From: a virus
DNA: 64,000 nt
Direction: 5' to 3' (one strand)
Virus record (IMG/VR): IMGVR_UViG_3300017727_000002
Part shown: positions 29,761 to 38,231 of the stretch, piece by piece
Layout: each line of letters opens with the position of its first letter
Numbering within the stretch: position 1 is the stretch's first letter
Notes under the pieces: model-generated
Told to the model about the DNA's origin: nothing
Databases searched by the model: none
The model's input: the letters and a program-made list of their open reading frames with translations, nothing else
Translations under genes and position numbers: made by a program

Positions 29761-29807
29761 GGAGGGCAAGTATTATATTCTTATAACCAACTTGCCCTTC
29801 TTTTTTT
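29761..29807 (+). terminator. Rho-independent terminator closing the riboswitch unit
   Basis: GGAGGGCAAGT...ACTTGCCCTTC stem followed by T7. Confidence 0.8.
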
Positions 29808-29808
29808 A

Positions 29809-29815
29809 CTAAATA
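29809..29815 (+). promoter_or_regulatory. Late promoter (CTAAATA)
   Basis: Immediately after the terminator, same arrangement as at 29392. Confidence 0.55.
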
Positions 29816-29824
29816 ATTTCGGTG

Positions 29825-29850
29825 GTTATAAAAATTTATTTTTTTATAAC
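29825..29850. repeat. Inverted repeat GTTATAA-N12-TTATAAC
   Basis: Second copy of the palindrome at 13935-13960. Confidence 0.5.
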
Positions 29851-29878
29851 TAAATGTAAACACTTAATAGGAAAAACC

Positions 29879-30019
29879 ATGTCCACAGTTATTAAATTAA
29901 CGAAGAGCATGGTGCGAAAAACCAAAGCATTTGCCGAATTTCTAGCATACATTGCTCTTCCTTTAGGATTCCCAGTTGCCACATTCGTGACGATGCGAAT
30001 GAGTTATTTTGGATACTAA
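29879..30019 (+). CDS. Small membrane peptide (46 aa; start corrected to ATG 29879)
   Basis: AGGA upstream; basic N-terminus and one hydrophobic segment. Confidence 0.5.
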   Translation: MSTVIKLTKSMVRKTKAFAEFLAYIALPLGFPVATFVTMRMSYFGY

Positions 30020-30173
30020 AGAAAAACCTACAAAAACTCACGAGGACGATGTCGACTTTATGGTCGAGAACCCCATGCTATATATGGTATTATTACCATC
30101 CCTAGTCGCCATCGTTCCTCCTACTCTCGCAGTCGCAGCCATCTGGTTCCACCAATATTATATCGGTATATAG
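30009..30173 (+). CDS. Small membrane peptide (54 aa, TTG start; below track cut-off)
   Basis: Read by hand: LDTKEKPTK...MLYMVLLPSLVAIVPPTLAVAAIWFHQYYIGI; overlaps the previous stop. Confidence 0.4.
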   Translation: MDTKEKPTKTHEDDVDFMVENPMLYMVLLPSLVAIVPPTLAVAAIWFHQYYIGI

Positions 30174-30185
30174 ATTTCAAAAGAC

Positions 30186-30192
30186 CTAAATA
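30186..30192 (+). promoter_or_regulatory. Late promoter (CTAAATA)
   Basis: Intergenic, before the ORF at 30210. Confidence 0.55.
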
Positions 30193-30209
30193 GTAATATC
30201 GAGGATATT

Positions 30210-30350
30210 ATGTCTAAGTTGATTGAAATATACGAACAAGCGATTGACTGGTTTCAAGTCAAGTTCGAGATAGATTATTACCAACTCATTTTCATGGCAT
30301 TTTTGCTAGGACTTGCTGTTGGTTTACTTGCTCTCGGGATACTGTTATGA
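30210..30350 (+). CDS. Small membrane peptide (46 aa)
   Basis: SD GAGG; MSKLIEIYEQAIDWFQVKFEIDYYQLIFMAFLLGLAVGLLALGILL. Confidence 0.55.
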   Translation: MSKLIEIYEQAIDWFQVKFEIDYYQLIFMAFLLGLAVGLLALGILL

Positions 30351-30499
30351 ATAAAAGTTTATTAAACGATATAGAAAATCTTGATAAGATTATAGATAAA
30401 ACATCTGACCCACGATTGAAGCAAATGTGGAAAGATAAAAAGGATCTTAAAAAGAAAATCGAACAAAGAGAAAATGGCACCAGAAGAACTACTAGCTAA
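30347..30499 (+). CDS. Small basic helical peptide (50 aa)
   Basis: ATGA-coupled; MNKSLLNDIENLDKIIDKTSDPRLKQMWKDK... Confidence 0.45.
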   Translation: MNKSLLNDIENLDKIIDKTSDPRLKQMWKDKKDLKKKIEQRENGTRRTTS

Positions 30500-30614
30500 A
30501 AGAATTGCTAAACTACAAAGAGTTCTAGATCGGGCACAGAATAAACAATTTAAAAATATGTGGGCATCTCATTTGGCTCACCTAAAATTACTACAAAAGA
30601 GGAAAGTTAATTGA
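30474..30614 (+). CDS. Small basic helical peptide (46 aa), apparent paralog of 30347-30499
   Basis: MAPEELLAKRIAKLQRVLDRAQNKQFKNMWASH...; stop overlaps the gp3 start. Confidence 0.5.
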   Translation: MAPEELLAKRIAKLQRVLDRAQNKQFKNMWASHLAHLKLLQKRKVN

Positions 30615-31141
30615 CTGCATATTCTAATAAATTCCCTACCGATATATCCCCATTAAATCCTAATGGCTTTACTTTTGATGTAGCCAGATTACCAGATACT
30701 ACATTCTTTGTACAATCAGTTGGATTGCCAGGACTTACTTTGGGCGAGTTTATGCAACAAACACCTTTAGTGGCTAACCCTATTCCTGGAGAAATACTCA
30801 CATACCAAGAACTTGTAGTCGAGTTTCAAGTAGATGCTAACATGACAAACTGGAAAGCAATACATGACTGGATGATTGGACTTGGGTTCCCAATAAATCA
30901 TGAGCAATATTTGTCATACCTTACCTCTGAGGAAAGAGCGAAGATTTCCGAAATATCACAAAACTTCTCAGATGCTACACTTCAGGTATTATCTGGACAA
31001 AACCAACCTGTAAAAACATTCACATTTGTTGATTGTTTTCCTACAGCACTAGAGCCGATTCAGTTTGAAGCTAAGATGCAAGATGTTATGATGGTTTCTA
31101 CTCGTGCTACCTTTAAATATACCTATTACTACTGCGAATAG
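30611..31141 (+). CDS. 3: Tail completion / sheath stabiliser gp3
   Basis: SPLNPNGFTF...FFVQSVGLPG, FQVDANMTNWKAIHDWM, SDATLQVLSG motifs. Confidence 0.88.
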   Translation: MTAYSNKFPTDISPLNPNGFTFDVARLPDTTFFVQSVGLPGLTLGEFMQQTPLVANPIPGEILTYQELVVEFQVDANMTNWKAIHDWMIGLGFPINHEQYLSYLTSEERAKISEISQNFSDATLQVLSGQNQPVKTFTFVDCFPTALEPIQFEAKMQDVMMVSTRATFKYTYYYCE

Positions 31142-31144
31142 ACC

Positions 31145-31173
31145 TTTACTTTTAAGAATAAATCAACTAAGAT
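31145..31173 (+). promoter_or_regulatory. sigma70-type phage promoter (TTTACT-N17-TAAGAT) for uvsY
   Basis: Matches the recurring consensus. Confidence 0.55.
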
Positions 31174-31197
31174 TAAGTTGTTAGGAGTATAATTTAT

Positions 31198-31635
31198 ATG
31201 AATTTACAACAATTACAAGACGAATGGTCAAAGGACTCGATAGTCGATGACGACCACTTAGATAAAGAAGCAGTACGCATCCCAAACCTACACCAAAAGT
31301 ATTTAAAGTTCCTGATGGAGTTTAAAATGAAACTTACTAAACAAAGAGCAGAGTTTCATGCACTTCGCAGATTAAAAATACGATATTATAATGGTGAGTT
31401 GGGTCGAGACGAGTTAGTAGAACTGGGTTGGGAGCAATATCAAGGCATAAAACCTATAAAATCAGCTCAAGACGACCTATTACATGGCGATAAAGAGCTG
31501 ATAGACCAAACTGTACGCATATCTTATCTTGAAGATATGGTATATGCTACCGAAAGTATCATGAAATCAATCTCAAGTAGAGGTTGGGACATTAAAAACT
31601 CAATAGAGTGGAAAAAATTTATATCTGGTGCCTAA
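31198..31635 (+). CDS. uvsY: Recombination mediator UvsY
   Basis: WSKDSIVD...IPNLHQKYL...SRGWDIKNSIEWKKFISG. Confidence 0.92.
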   Translation: MNLQQLQDEWSKDSIVDDDHLDKEAVRIPNLHQKYLKFLMEFKMKLTKQRAEFHALRRLKIRYYNGELGRDELVELGWEQYQGIKPIKSAQDDLLHGDKELIDQTVRISYLEDMVYATESIMKSISSRGWDIKNSIEWKKFISGA

Positions 31636-33115
31636 AATAACGATAGAGAAAGCGAGTAATATACATATTCGCTGTTTTTCAGAGCCTGCAGTTGAACAGG
31701 AGCTCTGCGATTACTTTACCTATTCAGTTCCAGGTGCTCAGTTCACTCCACAGTACCGAAGTCGTATGTGGGATGGTAAAATCCGCCAATATGATAGAAT
31801 ACGACATACATTATATCTTGGATTATACCGATATGTAGAAAGATTCGCTGTTGAGCGAGGTTATGAGATAGAATGTAAGGATTTAGTAGTAATAGACCGA
31901 AAAATACCCTTTGAAGAGGTCGAAAACTGGGTAAATTCCTTAAAATTAGCATCCAAGGGGCAAAAATTGAGCTCCAGAGAATATCAAGTTGAAGCTATAC
32001 ATAAAGCCATTAATGATGAAAGAACGCTCTTGGTGAGTCCTACAGCGTCTGGAAAAAGTCTAATTATATATTCTACACTTAGATATCTATTAAATCAAGG
32101 CAAAAAAGCTATTATCATAGTACCAACAACATCCTTAGTTGAACAGTTATATAAAGACTTTGAAGATTATTCCACTATAAATGGATGGAATGTAGAGGAT
32201 AGTGTACAAAAATTATACTCAGGATTTACTAAAGATATATCTAAGCAAGTATTAATTACCACTTGGCAGTCAGTATATAAACAACCCAAAGCATGGTTCG
32301 CTCAGTTTGATGTATGTTTTGGTGACGAAGCACATCAGTTTAAAGCTAGATCTTTGACGACTTGTATGGATAAATTAATTAATTGTAATTACAGGATAGG
32401 CACGACTGGTACGATTGATGGAAAGAAAGTTCATAAGCTAGTACTAGAGGGTGTGTTTGGACCAGTCTTTGCTGTCACTACAACTAAAAAATTAATGGAA
32501 GAGAAAAAGGTTGCCGATTTAGATATTACTTGCTTACTATTAAAATATGATGACTTAGATAGACAAGGTAGAAAAAATAATAAGTATGCCGACGAGATGG
32601 ACTTCTTAGTGACTAATGATTATAGAAATAAATTTATAGTAAACTTGGCTGCAGATTTAAAAGGAAACACCTTAGTCTTATATCAGTTCGTTCAAAAGCA
32701 TGGGATTCCTTTATATGAAAACCTAAATAAAAAGGTAGATGGTTCAAAGGACATCTGGTTTGTGTCAGGGGACACAGTCGTAAAGGATAGGGAAAAGGTC
32801 AGAGAAATAGCAGGTGATACAAACAACAATATCATAGTTGCTTCTTTTGGTACATTCTCGACTGGCATTAATATACCATCTATCGAAAATATTATTTTCG
32901 CATCGCCAAGTAAAAGTAAGATAAGAAACTTACAATCTATTGGGCGAGGACTTAGACTAAAAGAGGGTAAAGAAACTTGTAATTTGTATGATATAGCTGA
33001 TGACCTTTCTTGGAAATCTTGGAAAAATCATACTTTAAAACATTTCAGTGAAAGACTCTCTATATACAGTGAAGAAAAATTTAACTACAAAATAGTAGAG
33101 GTAAATGTTGGATAA
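31628..33115 (+). CDS. uvsW: DNA helicase UvsW
   Basis: SPTASGKSLIIY, DEAH, GTFSTGINI, LQSIGRGLR. Confidence 0.96.
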   Translation: MPKITIEKASNIHIRCFSEPAVEQELCDYFTYSVPGAQFTPQYRSRMWDGKIRQYDRIRHTLYLGLYRYVERFAVERGYEIECKDLVVIDRKIPFEEVENWVNSLKLASKGQKLSSREYQVEAIHKAINDERTLLVSPTASGKSLIIYSTLRYLLNQGKKAIIIVPTTSLVEQLYKDFEDYSTINGWNVEDSVQKLYSGFTKDISKQVLITTWQSVYKQPKAWFAQFDVCFGDEAHQFKARSLTTCMDKLINCNYRIGTTGTIDGKKVHKLVLEGVFGPVFAVTTTKKLMEEKKVADLDITCLLLKYDDLDRQGRKNNKYADEMDFLVTNDYRNKFIVNLAADLKGNTLVLYQFVQKHGIPLYENLNKKVDGSKDIWFVSGDTVVKDREKVREIAGDTNNNIIVASFGTFSTGINIPSIENIIFASPSKSKIRNLQSIGRGLRLKEGKETCNLYDIADDLSWKSWKNHTLKHFSERLSIYSEEKFNYKIVEVNVG

Positions 33116-33599
33116 TCAAAAATTAATTAGGGAAGATGACGAGTTCATTATTCTTAAGCTAACCACAGGGGAAACTCTAGTGGCTACTATCAGAGCAGAC
33201 GCACCTGAAACTATATCTGTACAATATCCCTTTGAATTAAAAACTATTCATGAAAGAAGGCAAGATATGGTAGTAGATGTCACTGCTGCTGCACCATTCT
33301 GTGGTTTCGCAGAAGATAGGAACTTCACATTTAAAAAAGAAGATATTATGTTTACTAAAGTCCTTCATAATTTTTCAGTTCCATTTTATATAGAATTAGT
33401 CGAAGAGTATGAAAAACTCATCGATGTACCAGTACCAAAGAAAAGATTATCTGAAACTCAAGATGTATTACGCAAAACTGCCGAAACTATGAGACAACGC
33501 AGTGAAGAGATCTTGGGCGAAGACAGACTAGAGGATACAGCAGAAGTGCTTGATTATCTTCTAGGCAACATCGGCAAATCAAAGAAAACAATCCATTGA
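33105..33599 (+). CDS. Conserved T4-like hypothetical protein (Sm-like N-terminus)
   Basis: ILKLTTGETLVA motif; usual position between uvsW and gp55. Confidence 0.6.
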   Translation: MLDNQKLIREDDEFIILKLTTGETLVATIRADAPETISVQYPFELKTIHERRQDMVVDVTAAAPFCGFAEDRNFTFKKEDIMFTKVLHNFSVPFYIELVEEYEKLIDVPVPKKRLSETQDVLRKTAETMRQRSEEILGEDRLEDTAEVLDYLLGNIGKSKKTIH

Positions 33600-33901
33600 T
33601 AAGCATAACTCCAAAAGCTAAACAATACATACAAATCAAACTCAAAGCGAGTGGGAATAAGTACGCACGACTTGCCCTCGATGGTGGAGGTTGTGCTGGG
33701 TTTACTTATAAGTGGGAAGAAACAAACGAAGTCGCCGATGGCACCCTTATTGAAGATACGATTATAGTGGATAAATTAGCAGAGTTATATGTTATGGGAT
33801 CTGAGATTGATTATAAAGAAGATTTCGCAGGATCGCATATCGAGATTATAAATCCGAATGCTACTGGAAGTTGTGGATGTGGAGAATCAGTTGGATTCTA
33901 A
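33596..33901 (+). CDS. iscA: Fe-S cluster assembly accessory protein (IscA/HesB family)
   Basis: GGGCAGFTY and NPNATGSCGCGESV carry the three conserved Cys; TTG start. Confidence 0.9.
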   Translation: MISITPKAKQYIQIKLKASGNKYARLALDGGGCAGFTYKWEETNEVADGTLIEDTIIVDKLAELYVMGSEIDYKEDFAGSHIEIINPNATGSCGCGESVGF

Positions 33902-33932
33902 CAGTCTCGTTATCATCCCTGGAACACCCTGT

Positions 33933-33961
33933 AATCTACTCTTCAGTTTCTTAAAAAGCAA
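33933..33961 (-). promoter_or_regulatory. Antisense-oriented sigma70-type promoter (TTGCTT-N17-TAGATT on the minus strand)
   Basis: Reverse complement reads TTGCTT TTTAAGAAACTGAAGAG TAGATT, close to the gp55 promoter sequence. Confidence 0.5.
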
Positions 33962-33985
33962 GCATTAAATGAAAAAAAATAATAG

Positions 33986-34014
33986 TTGCCTTTTAAGAAT
34001 GTTTTATATAGAAT
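33986..34014 (+). promoter_or_regulatory. sigma70-type promoter for gp55 (TTGCCT-N17-TAGAAT)
   Basis: Consensus match upstream of SD AGGAGG. Confidence 0.65.
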
Positions 34015-34036
34015 TATGTTTTGATAGGAGGACTAC

Positions 34037-34588
34037 ATGGCAGTCTCAAAAAAGAAGCCCCAACATTATGTTGATAATAAACAGTTTCTACAAGCACTAA
34101 AAGATTATAAAGATGCTTGTGCTAAGGCGAGCAAAAAGAAACAAGATAAACCTAGAATCCCAGAGTATATTGGTGAATGCTTATTGAAGATTGGTACACA
34201 CCTTTCTTACAAACCTAACTTCATCAACTATACCTATCGGGATGATATGATACTGGATGGTGTTGAAAACTGTATTCAATACATACATAACTTCGACCCT
34301 GATAAATCTGGTAATCCATTTTCATACTTTACGCAAATTATTTTCTATGCTTTTTTACGAAGAATTAAAAAAGAAAAGAAACAAACTTATGTGAAGCAGA
34401 AACTAATTGCTGAGATGGATGTTGATGCGTTCATGGAAGCAGGTGAAGATAGCGAAGGTACTAACCAATATATTGAGTATATGAAAAAGAACCAAGTTCT
34501 TGACCCTTACTTTGAAGCCAAAGAGAAAAAGAAGAAAGAAAAAAAGTCCACACCCATCTCTGATGCGTTGGACGATGTAAATGAGTAA
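34037..34588 (+). CDS. 55: Late transcription sigma factor gp55
   Basis: HYVDNKQFL, LSYKPNFINYTYRDDMILDGVENC, NPFSYFTQIIFYAFLRRIKKEKKQ. Confidence 0.97.
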   Translation: MAVSKKKPQHYVDNKQFLQALKDYKDACAKASKKKQDKPRIPEYIGECLLKIGTHLSYKPNFINYTYRDDMILDGVENCIQYIHNFDPDKSGNPFSYFTQIIFYAFLRRIKKEKKQTYVKQKLIAEMDVDAFMEAGEDSEGTNQYIEYMKKNQVLDPYFEAKEKKKKEKKSTPISDALDDVNE

Positions 34589-35648
34589 AGTTGCTATTAT
34601 AACCGATCTACATTTCGGTGCTAGAGGAGATGCTATCACTTTTGTAGATTATATGGATAAATTCTATACAAATACTTTTTTCCCTGCTTTGAAGGAAAGA
34701 GGTATCAAAACTATATTAAATCTTGGTGATACATTCGATCGCCGAAAATACATCAATTACCATTCATTAAAAAGATCTAGGCAGTTCTTCTTTGACCCTA
34801 TTAAAGATGCTGGTATGCACATGTGGATGTTGGCTGGTAATCACGATACTTATTATAAGAACACCAACGATACTAATTCTATCGACTTACTATTAAATGA
34901 TTATAAAAATATTACTACTATACCTGAAGCGATGGATATAACAGTTGATGGTCGTGATATTTTTATGCTACCATGGATCTGTACTGACAATTATCAATCA
35001 AGTATGGAAGCATTAGAGGATAGTAAAGCAGAAATATGTATGGGTCATTTAGAGATAGCTGGTTTTGTAATGCATCGTGGGGTTAAATCTCATGGTGGTT
35101 TAAACGCAGAAAGGTTTAGAAAATTTGGTTTGGTTTATTCGGGTCATTACCATCATAGGAACAACGATGGGCATATATATTATCTTGGGAATCCTTATGA
35201 ATTAACTTGGTCTGATTATAAAGACCCAAGAGGATTTCATATCTGGGATACTGAAACTATGGAACTTGAGTTTATTGAGAATCCATATACTATGTTTGAA
35301 AGAGTAGAGTACGATGATGTGACCAATAATTATGATGACTTTGATGCTAGTATTATGGCTGATAAGTATGTCAAAGTGATTGTAGCTAACAAGTCAGACT
35401 TTAATAAGTTTGATACATTTATGAAAGGGATTTATAAAGCTGGTCCACACGATGTTAAAATTATCGAGGACTTCGCTGAGTTTAAAGATGGCGAGATTGA
35501 TGAAGAGATAAACTTAGAAGATACCATGAATATATTGAATAGTTATGTTGATAGTGTAGAAACAAATTTAGATAAGGAAAAAGTAAAAGGATTCCTTAAA
35601 GGATTATATGCTGAAGCACAACAAACTGAAAGTGAAACTGCTGAATGA
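34581..35648 (+). CDS. 47: Recombination nuclease subunit gp47 (Mre11/SbcD-like)
   Basis: ITDLHFG, LGDTFD, GNHD, SGHYH metallophosphoesterase motifs. Confidence 0.96.
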   Translation: MSKVAIITDLHFGARGDAITFVDYMDKFYTNTFFPALKERGIKTILNLGDTFDRRKYINYHSLKRSRQFFFDPIKDAGMHMWMLAGNHDTYYKNTNDTNSIDLLLNDYKNITTIPEAMDITVDGRDIFMLPWICTDNYQSSMEALEDSKAEICMGHLEIAGFVMHRGVKSHGGLNAERFRKFGLVYSGHYHHRNNDGHIYYLGNPYELTWSDYKDPRGFHIWDTETMELEFIENPYTMFERVEYDDVTNNYDDFDASIMADKYVKVIVANKSDFNKFDTFMKGIYKAGPHDVKIIEDFAEFKDGEIDEEINLEDTMNILNSYVDSVETNLDKEKVKGFLKGLYAEAQQTESETAE

Positions 35649-37366
35649 TTACTTTTGAAAAACTTAAATGGCGAAACCTATTAAGCACAGGAAACGCATG
35701 GACTGAAGTAGATCTTAATCGTTCTACTACTACATTAATTGTAGGTAAAAATGGTGAGGGTAAATCTACTATCCTTGACGCACTCATGTTCTCTCTGTTC
35801 GGGAGACCTTTTCGTAAAGTAAAAAAAGACCAACTCGTAAATAGTATTAATGGTAAGAATCTCGAAGTAGAGATTGAGTTTATGATTCGTAATAAACATT
35901 ATAAGATATTACGAGGTGCTAAACCGAACAAAGTAGAATTATATGTAGATGGTTTAAAACTAGATTCCTTCGCCAGCAATGCTGATACGCAGACTTATAT
36001 ACAAACTCAAATAATAGGTTTTGATTGGCGAACTTTTAATAAGCTGGTCATTCTAGGATCTGCTAGTTATGCACCATTTATGCAGTTAAACTTATGGCAC
36101 AGGCGACAAGTTATTGAGGACATCTTAGATATCGGTATATTTAGAACTATGAATGAGTTGCTTACTGATAGAGCAAAACTTACTAAAGAACAACTCATGA
36201 AAGTTGATAATGATATTACTGTCGCTAAACAACAAGTAGATTCTCAGAAAGAATTACTCGAACAATTAAGCAGTGTAAAAGAAGAAGCTGTAGAAAAGAT
36301 AAATGAAAAGATTCGTAATAATGAAGAGTCTATAACCAATATTACTAATTCTATCGAACAACTAATGAAAGATGTTGATTACTTAAATACTCAGATATCT
36401 GATGGCGACCAAGTTAATAAAGATCTAGAAGAAGCTAAGAAACTATTGGCTGGTTATGATAATAAGAAGTCAGGCATTACTAATGATATTGCTTTCTTTG
36501 AAGATAATGAAGTATGCCCACAATGTGAGCAAGGTATAGAACACGACCATAAGAATAACATCTTAACTAAATTAAACGACAAGCTGGGCAAAGCAAGTAA
36601 TCATTTATCTTCCCTAAGTCAAGCACTTGAAAAGCTAAATAAAAGATATGAGGAGATTGCTACTATAAACCAGACCATAATGAGCAAGAACTCAGAGGTA
36701 TCTGCTCTCAATCAATCACTCAGTTTGTTGGGTAAAACAAACAAGGATTTAGTAGAAGAACAATCGACTTTAAATATTGATGATGAAAATGTGGTAACAC
36801 AGAAAGCGAAACTTAAAGAACTAGCACAATCTGCTGTAAAAGCAGTCGAGGAAAAAACGCAAGTTGAAGAACAAAAACAAATTGAAGATGTATCTAAAAC
36901 ACTTCTCGCTGAGTCTGGCATTAAAACTGAGATTATTCGCCAGTATCTTCCTATCATTAACAAACTTATCAACAAATATCTACAAGCAATGGACTTCTTC
37001 GTTCACTTTGAACTGGATGAAACATTCAATGAAACTATTCGCTCAAGATATAGGGACGAGTTTACATATGATAGTTTTTCTGAGGGCGAAAAGTTGAGGA
37101 TAGATCTAGCAATATTATTTACTTGGAGACAAATAGCCAAGATGAAGAATTCAGTAAATACAAATCTATTACTACTAGATGAAATTTTTGATAGTAGTAT
37201 GGATGCGAGTGGTACTGACTTGTTCCTACAAGTACTAAATGAAATCGGCGAGGGAACAAATGTTTTCGTTATATCTCATAAAGGGGATCAACTTTTTGAC
37301 AAGTTTAGAAGTGTAATTAAATTTGTTAAGAAGAATGATTTTTCATCAATCGAACAAGGAGTATAA
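35645..37366 (+). CDS. 46: Recombination ATPase gp46 (Rad50/SbcC-like)
   Basis: GKNGEGKST, CPQC hook, FSEGEK signature, LLLDEIFD. Confidence 0.97.
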   Translation: MITFEKLKWRNLLSTGNAWTEVDLNRSTTTLIVGKNGEGKSTILDALMFSLFGRPFRKVKKDQLVNSINGKNLEVEIEFMIRNKHYKILRGAKPNKVELYVDGLKLDSFASNADTQTYIQTQIIGFDWRTFNKLVILGSASYAPFMQLNLWHRRQVIEDILDIGIFRTMNELLTDRAKLTKEQLMKVDNDITVAKQQVDSQKELLEQLSSVKEEAVEKINEKIRNNEESITNITNSIEQLMKDVDYLNTQISDGDQVNKDLEEAKKLLAGYDNKKSGITNDIAFFEDNEVCPQCEQGIEHDHKNNILTKLNDKLGKASNHLSSLSQALEKLNKRYEEIATINQTIMSKNSEVSALNQSLSLLGKTNKDLVEEQSTLNIDDENVVTQKAKLKELAQSAVKAVEEKTQVEEQKQIEDVSKTLLAESGIKTEIIRQYLPIINKLINKYLQAMDFFVHFELDETFNETIRSRYRDEFTYDSFSEGEKLRIDLAILFTWRQIAKMKNSVNTNLLLLDEIFDSSMDASGTDLFLQVLNEIGEGTNVFVISHKGDQLFDKFRSVIKFVKKNDFSSIEQGV

Positions 37367-37369
37367 TAC

Positions 37370-37549
37370 ATGAACGCACAAGCACATCTAATGGAACAAT
37401 ATAATAGAGTTAATTACGAACATAATGAAATACATGAAGAAGTTGAAAAGCATCGATTTGACTCTGAAAAACTCAAACAACTAAAACTTACCAAACTCAA
37501 ACTAAAAGATAAACTTACTAATCTGGAGAAAAAACTAGGAATCTCATAA
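37370..37549 (+). CDS. DUF465/YdcH-like small coiled-coil protein (59 aa, below track cut-off)
   Basis: SD AGGAG; LKQLKLTKLKLKDKLTNLE motif; TAATG-coupled to def. Confidence 0.55.
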   Translation: MNAQAHLMEQYNRVNYEHNEIHEEVEKHRFDSEKLKQLKLTKLKLKDKLTNLEKKLGIS

Positions 37550-38115
37550 TGAATGTACTTGATGATGCAAAAGGTGAATTAATACCATACAACGATCCAT
37601 TACTAACTTCCCCACAAGACGAGTGGAACTTTGATGAAAATCCACAAGAGGAAGCAGCAAAACTTGGATTGTTATTAATTGAGACTTCTAGAAAATTACA
37701 GGGTGCAGGATTATCAGCCAATCAAATAGGATTACCATATAAAGTATTCGCATTGACTGCTGAGGAACAAATGGACTTACCAGCTATGGCTATATTCAAC
37801 CCTGAGATATTAGAATCTTCAGAAGAAGTTAGTATAATGACTGAGGGATGTTTATCTAGACCCAACCTTTGGCTCATGGTTTCTCGACCTAGACTTATCA
37901 AAGTGAAATACCAAACATTTAAAGGCGAAGAAATCAGGACTACATTATCTGGTTATGTCTCTCGTGTGTTCCAACATGAGTATGACCATATGCTAGGAAT
38001 AGATTTCACGCAAAGAGTATCTAAGATGAAACTCGATAGAGCCATTAAAAAGATGAAAAAAGACGCAAAAAGTGGTCGTACAACCCAAGTAATTAGAGGT
38101 AATTTCAACCAATAG
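37549..38115 (+). CDS. def: Peptide deformylase
   Basis: GAGLSANQIG, EGCLS and QHEYDH, the three PDF motifs. Confidence 0.95.
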   Translation: MNVLDDAKGELIPYNDPLLTSPQDEWNFDENPQEEAAKLGLLLIETSRKLQGAGLSANQIGLPYKVFALTAEEQMDLPAMAIFNPEILESSEEVSIMTEGCLSRPNLWLMVSRPRLIKVKYQTFKGEEIRTTLSGYVSRVFQHEYDHMLGIDFTQRVSKMKLDRAIKKMKKDAKSGRTTQVIRGNFNQ

Positions 38116-38210
38116 TTATAAGTACTTGATTTTATATAATAAAATAATCTAAAAAAAGAGACGATTTTACTTTACTTTTGGGTCAAACGAGAGTAGAATG
38201 ACTGTATAAA
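38115..38210 (+). repeat. Early-promoter cassette, copy 1 (IHF-like site, A/T tract, TTTACT-N17-TAGAAT)
   Basis: Near-identical to 42960-43055 and 61092-61200; -35 at 38171, -10 at 38194. Confidence 0.8.
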
Positions 38211-38231
38211 TTAAATTATTTGAGAGGTAAA

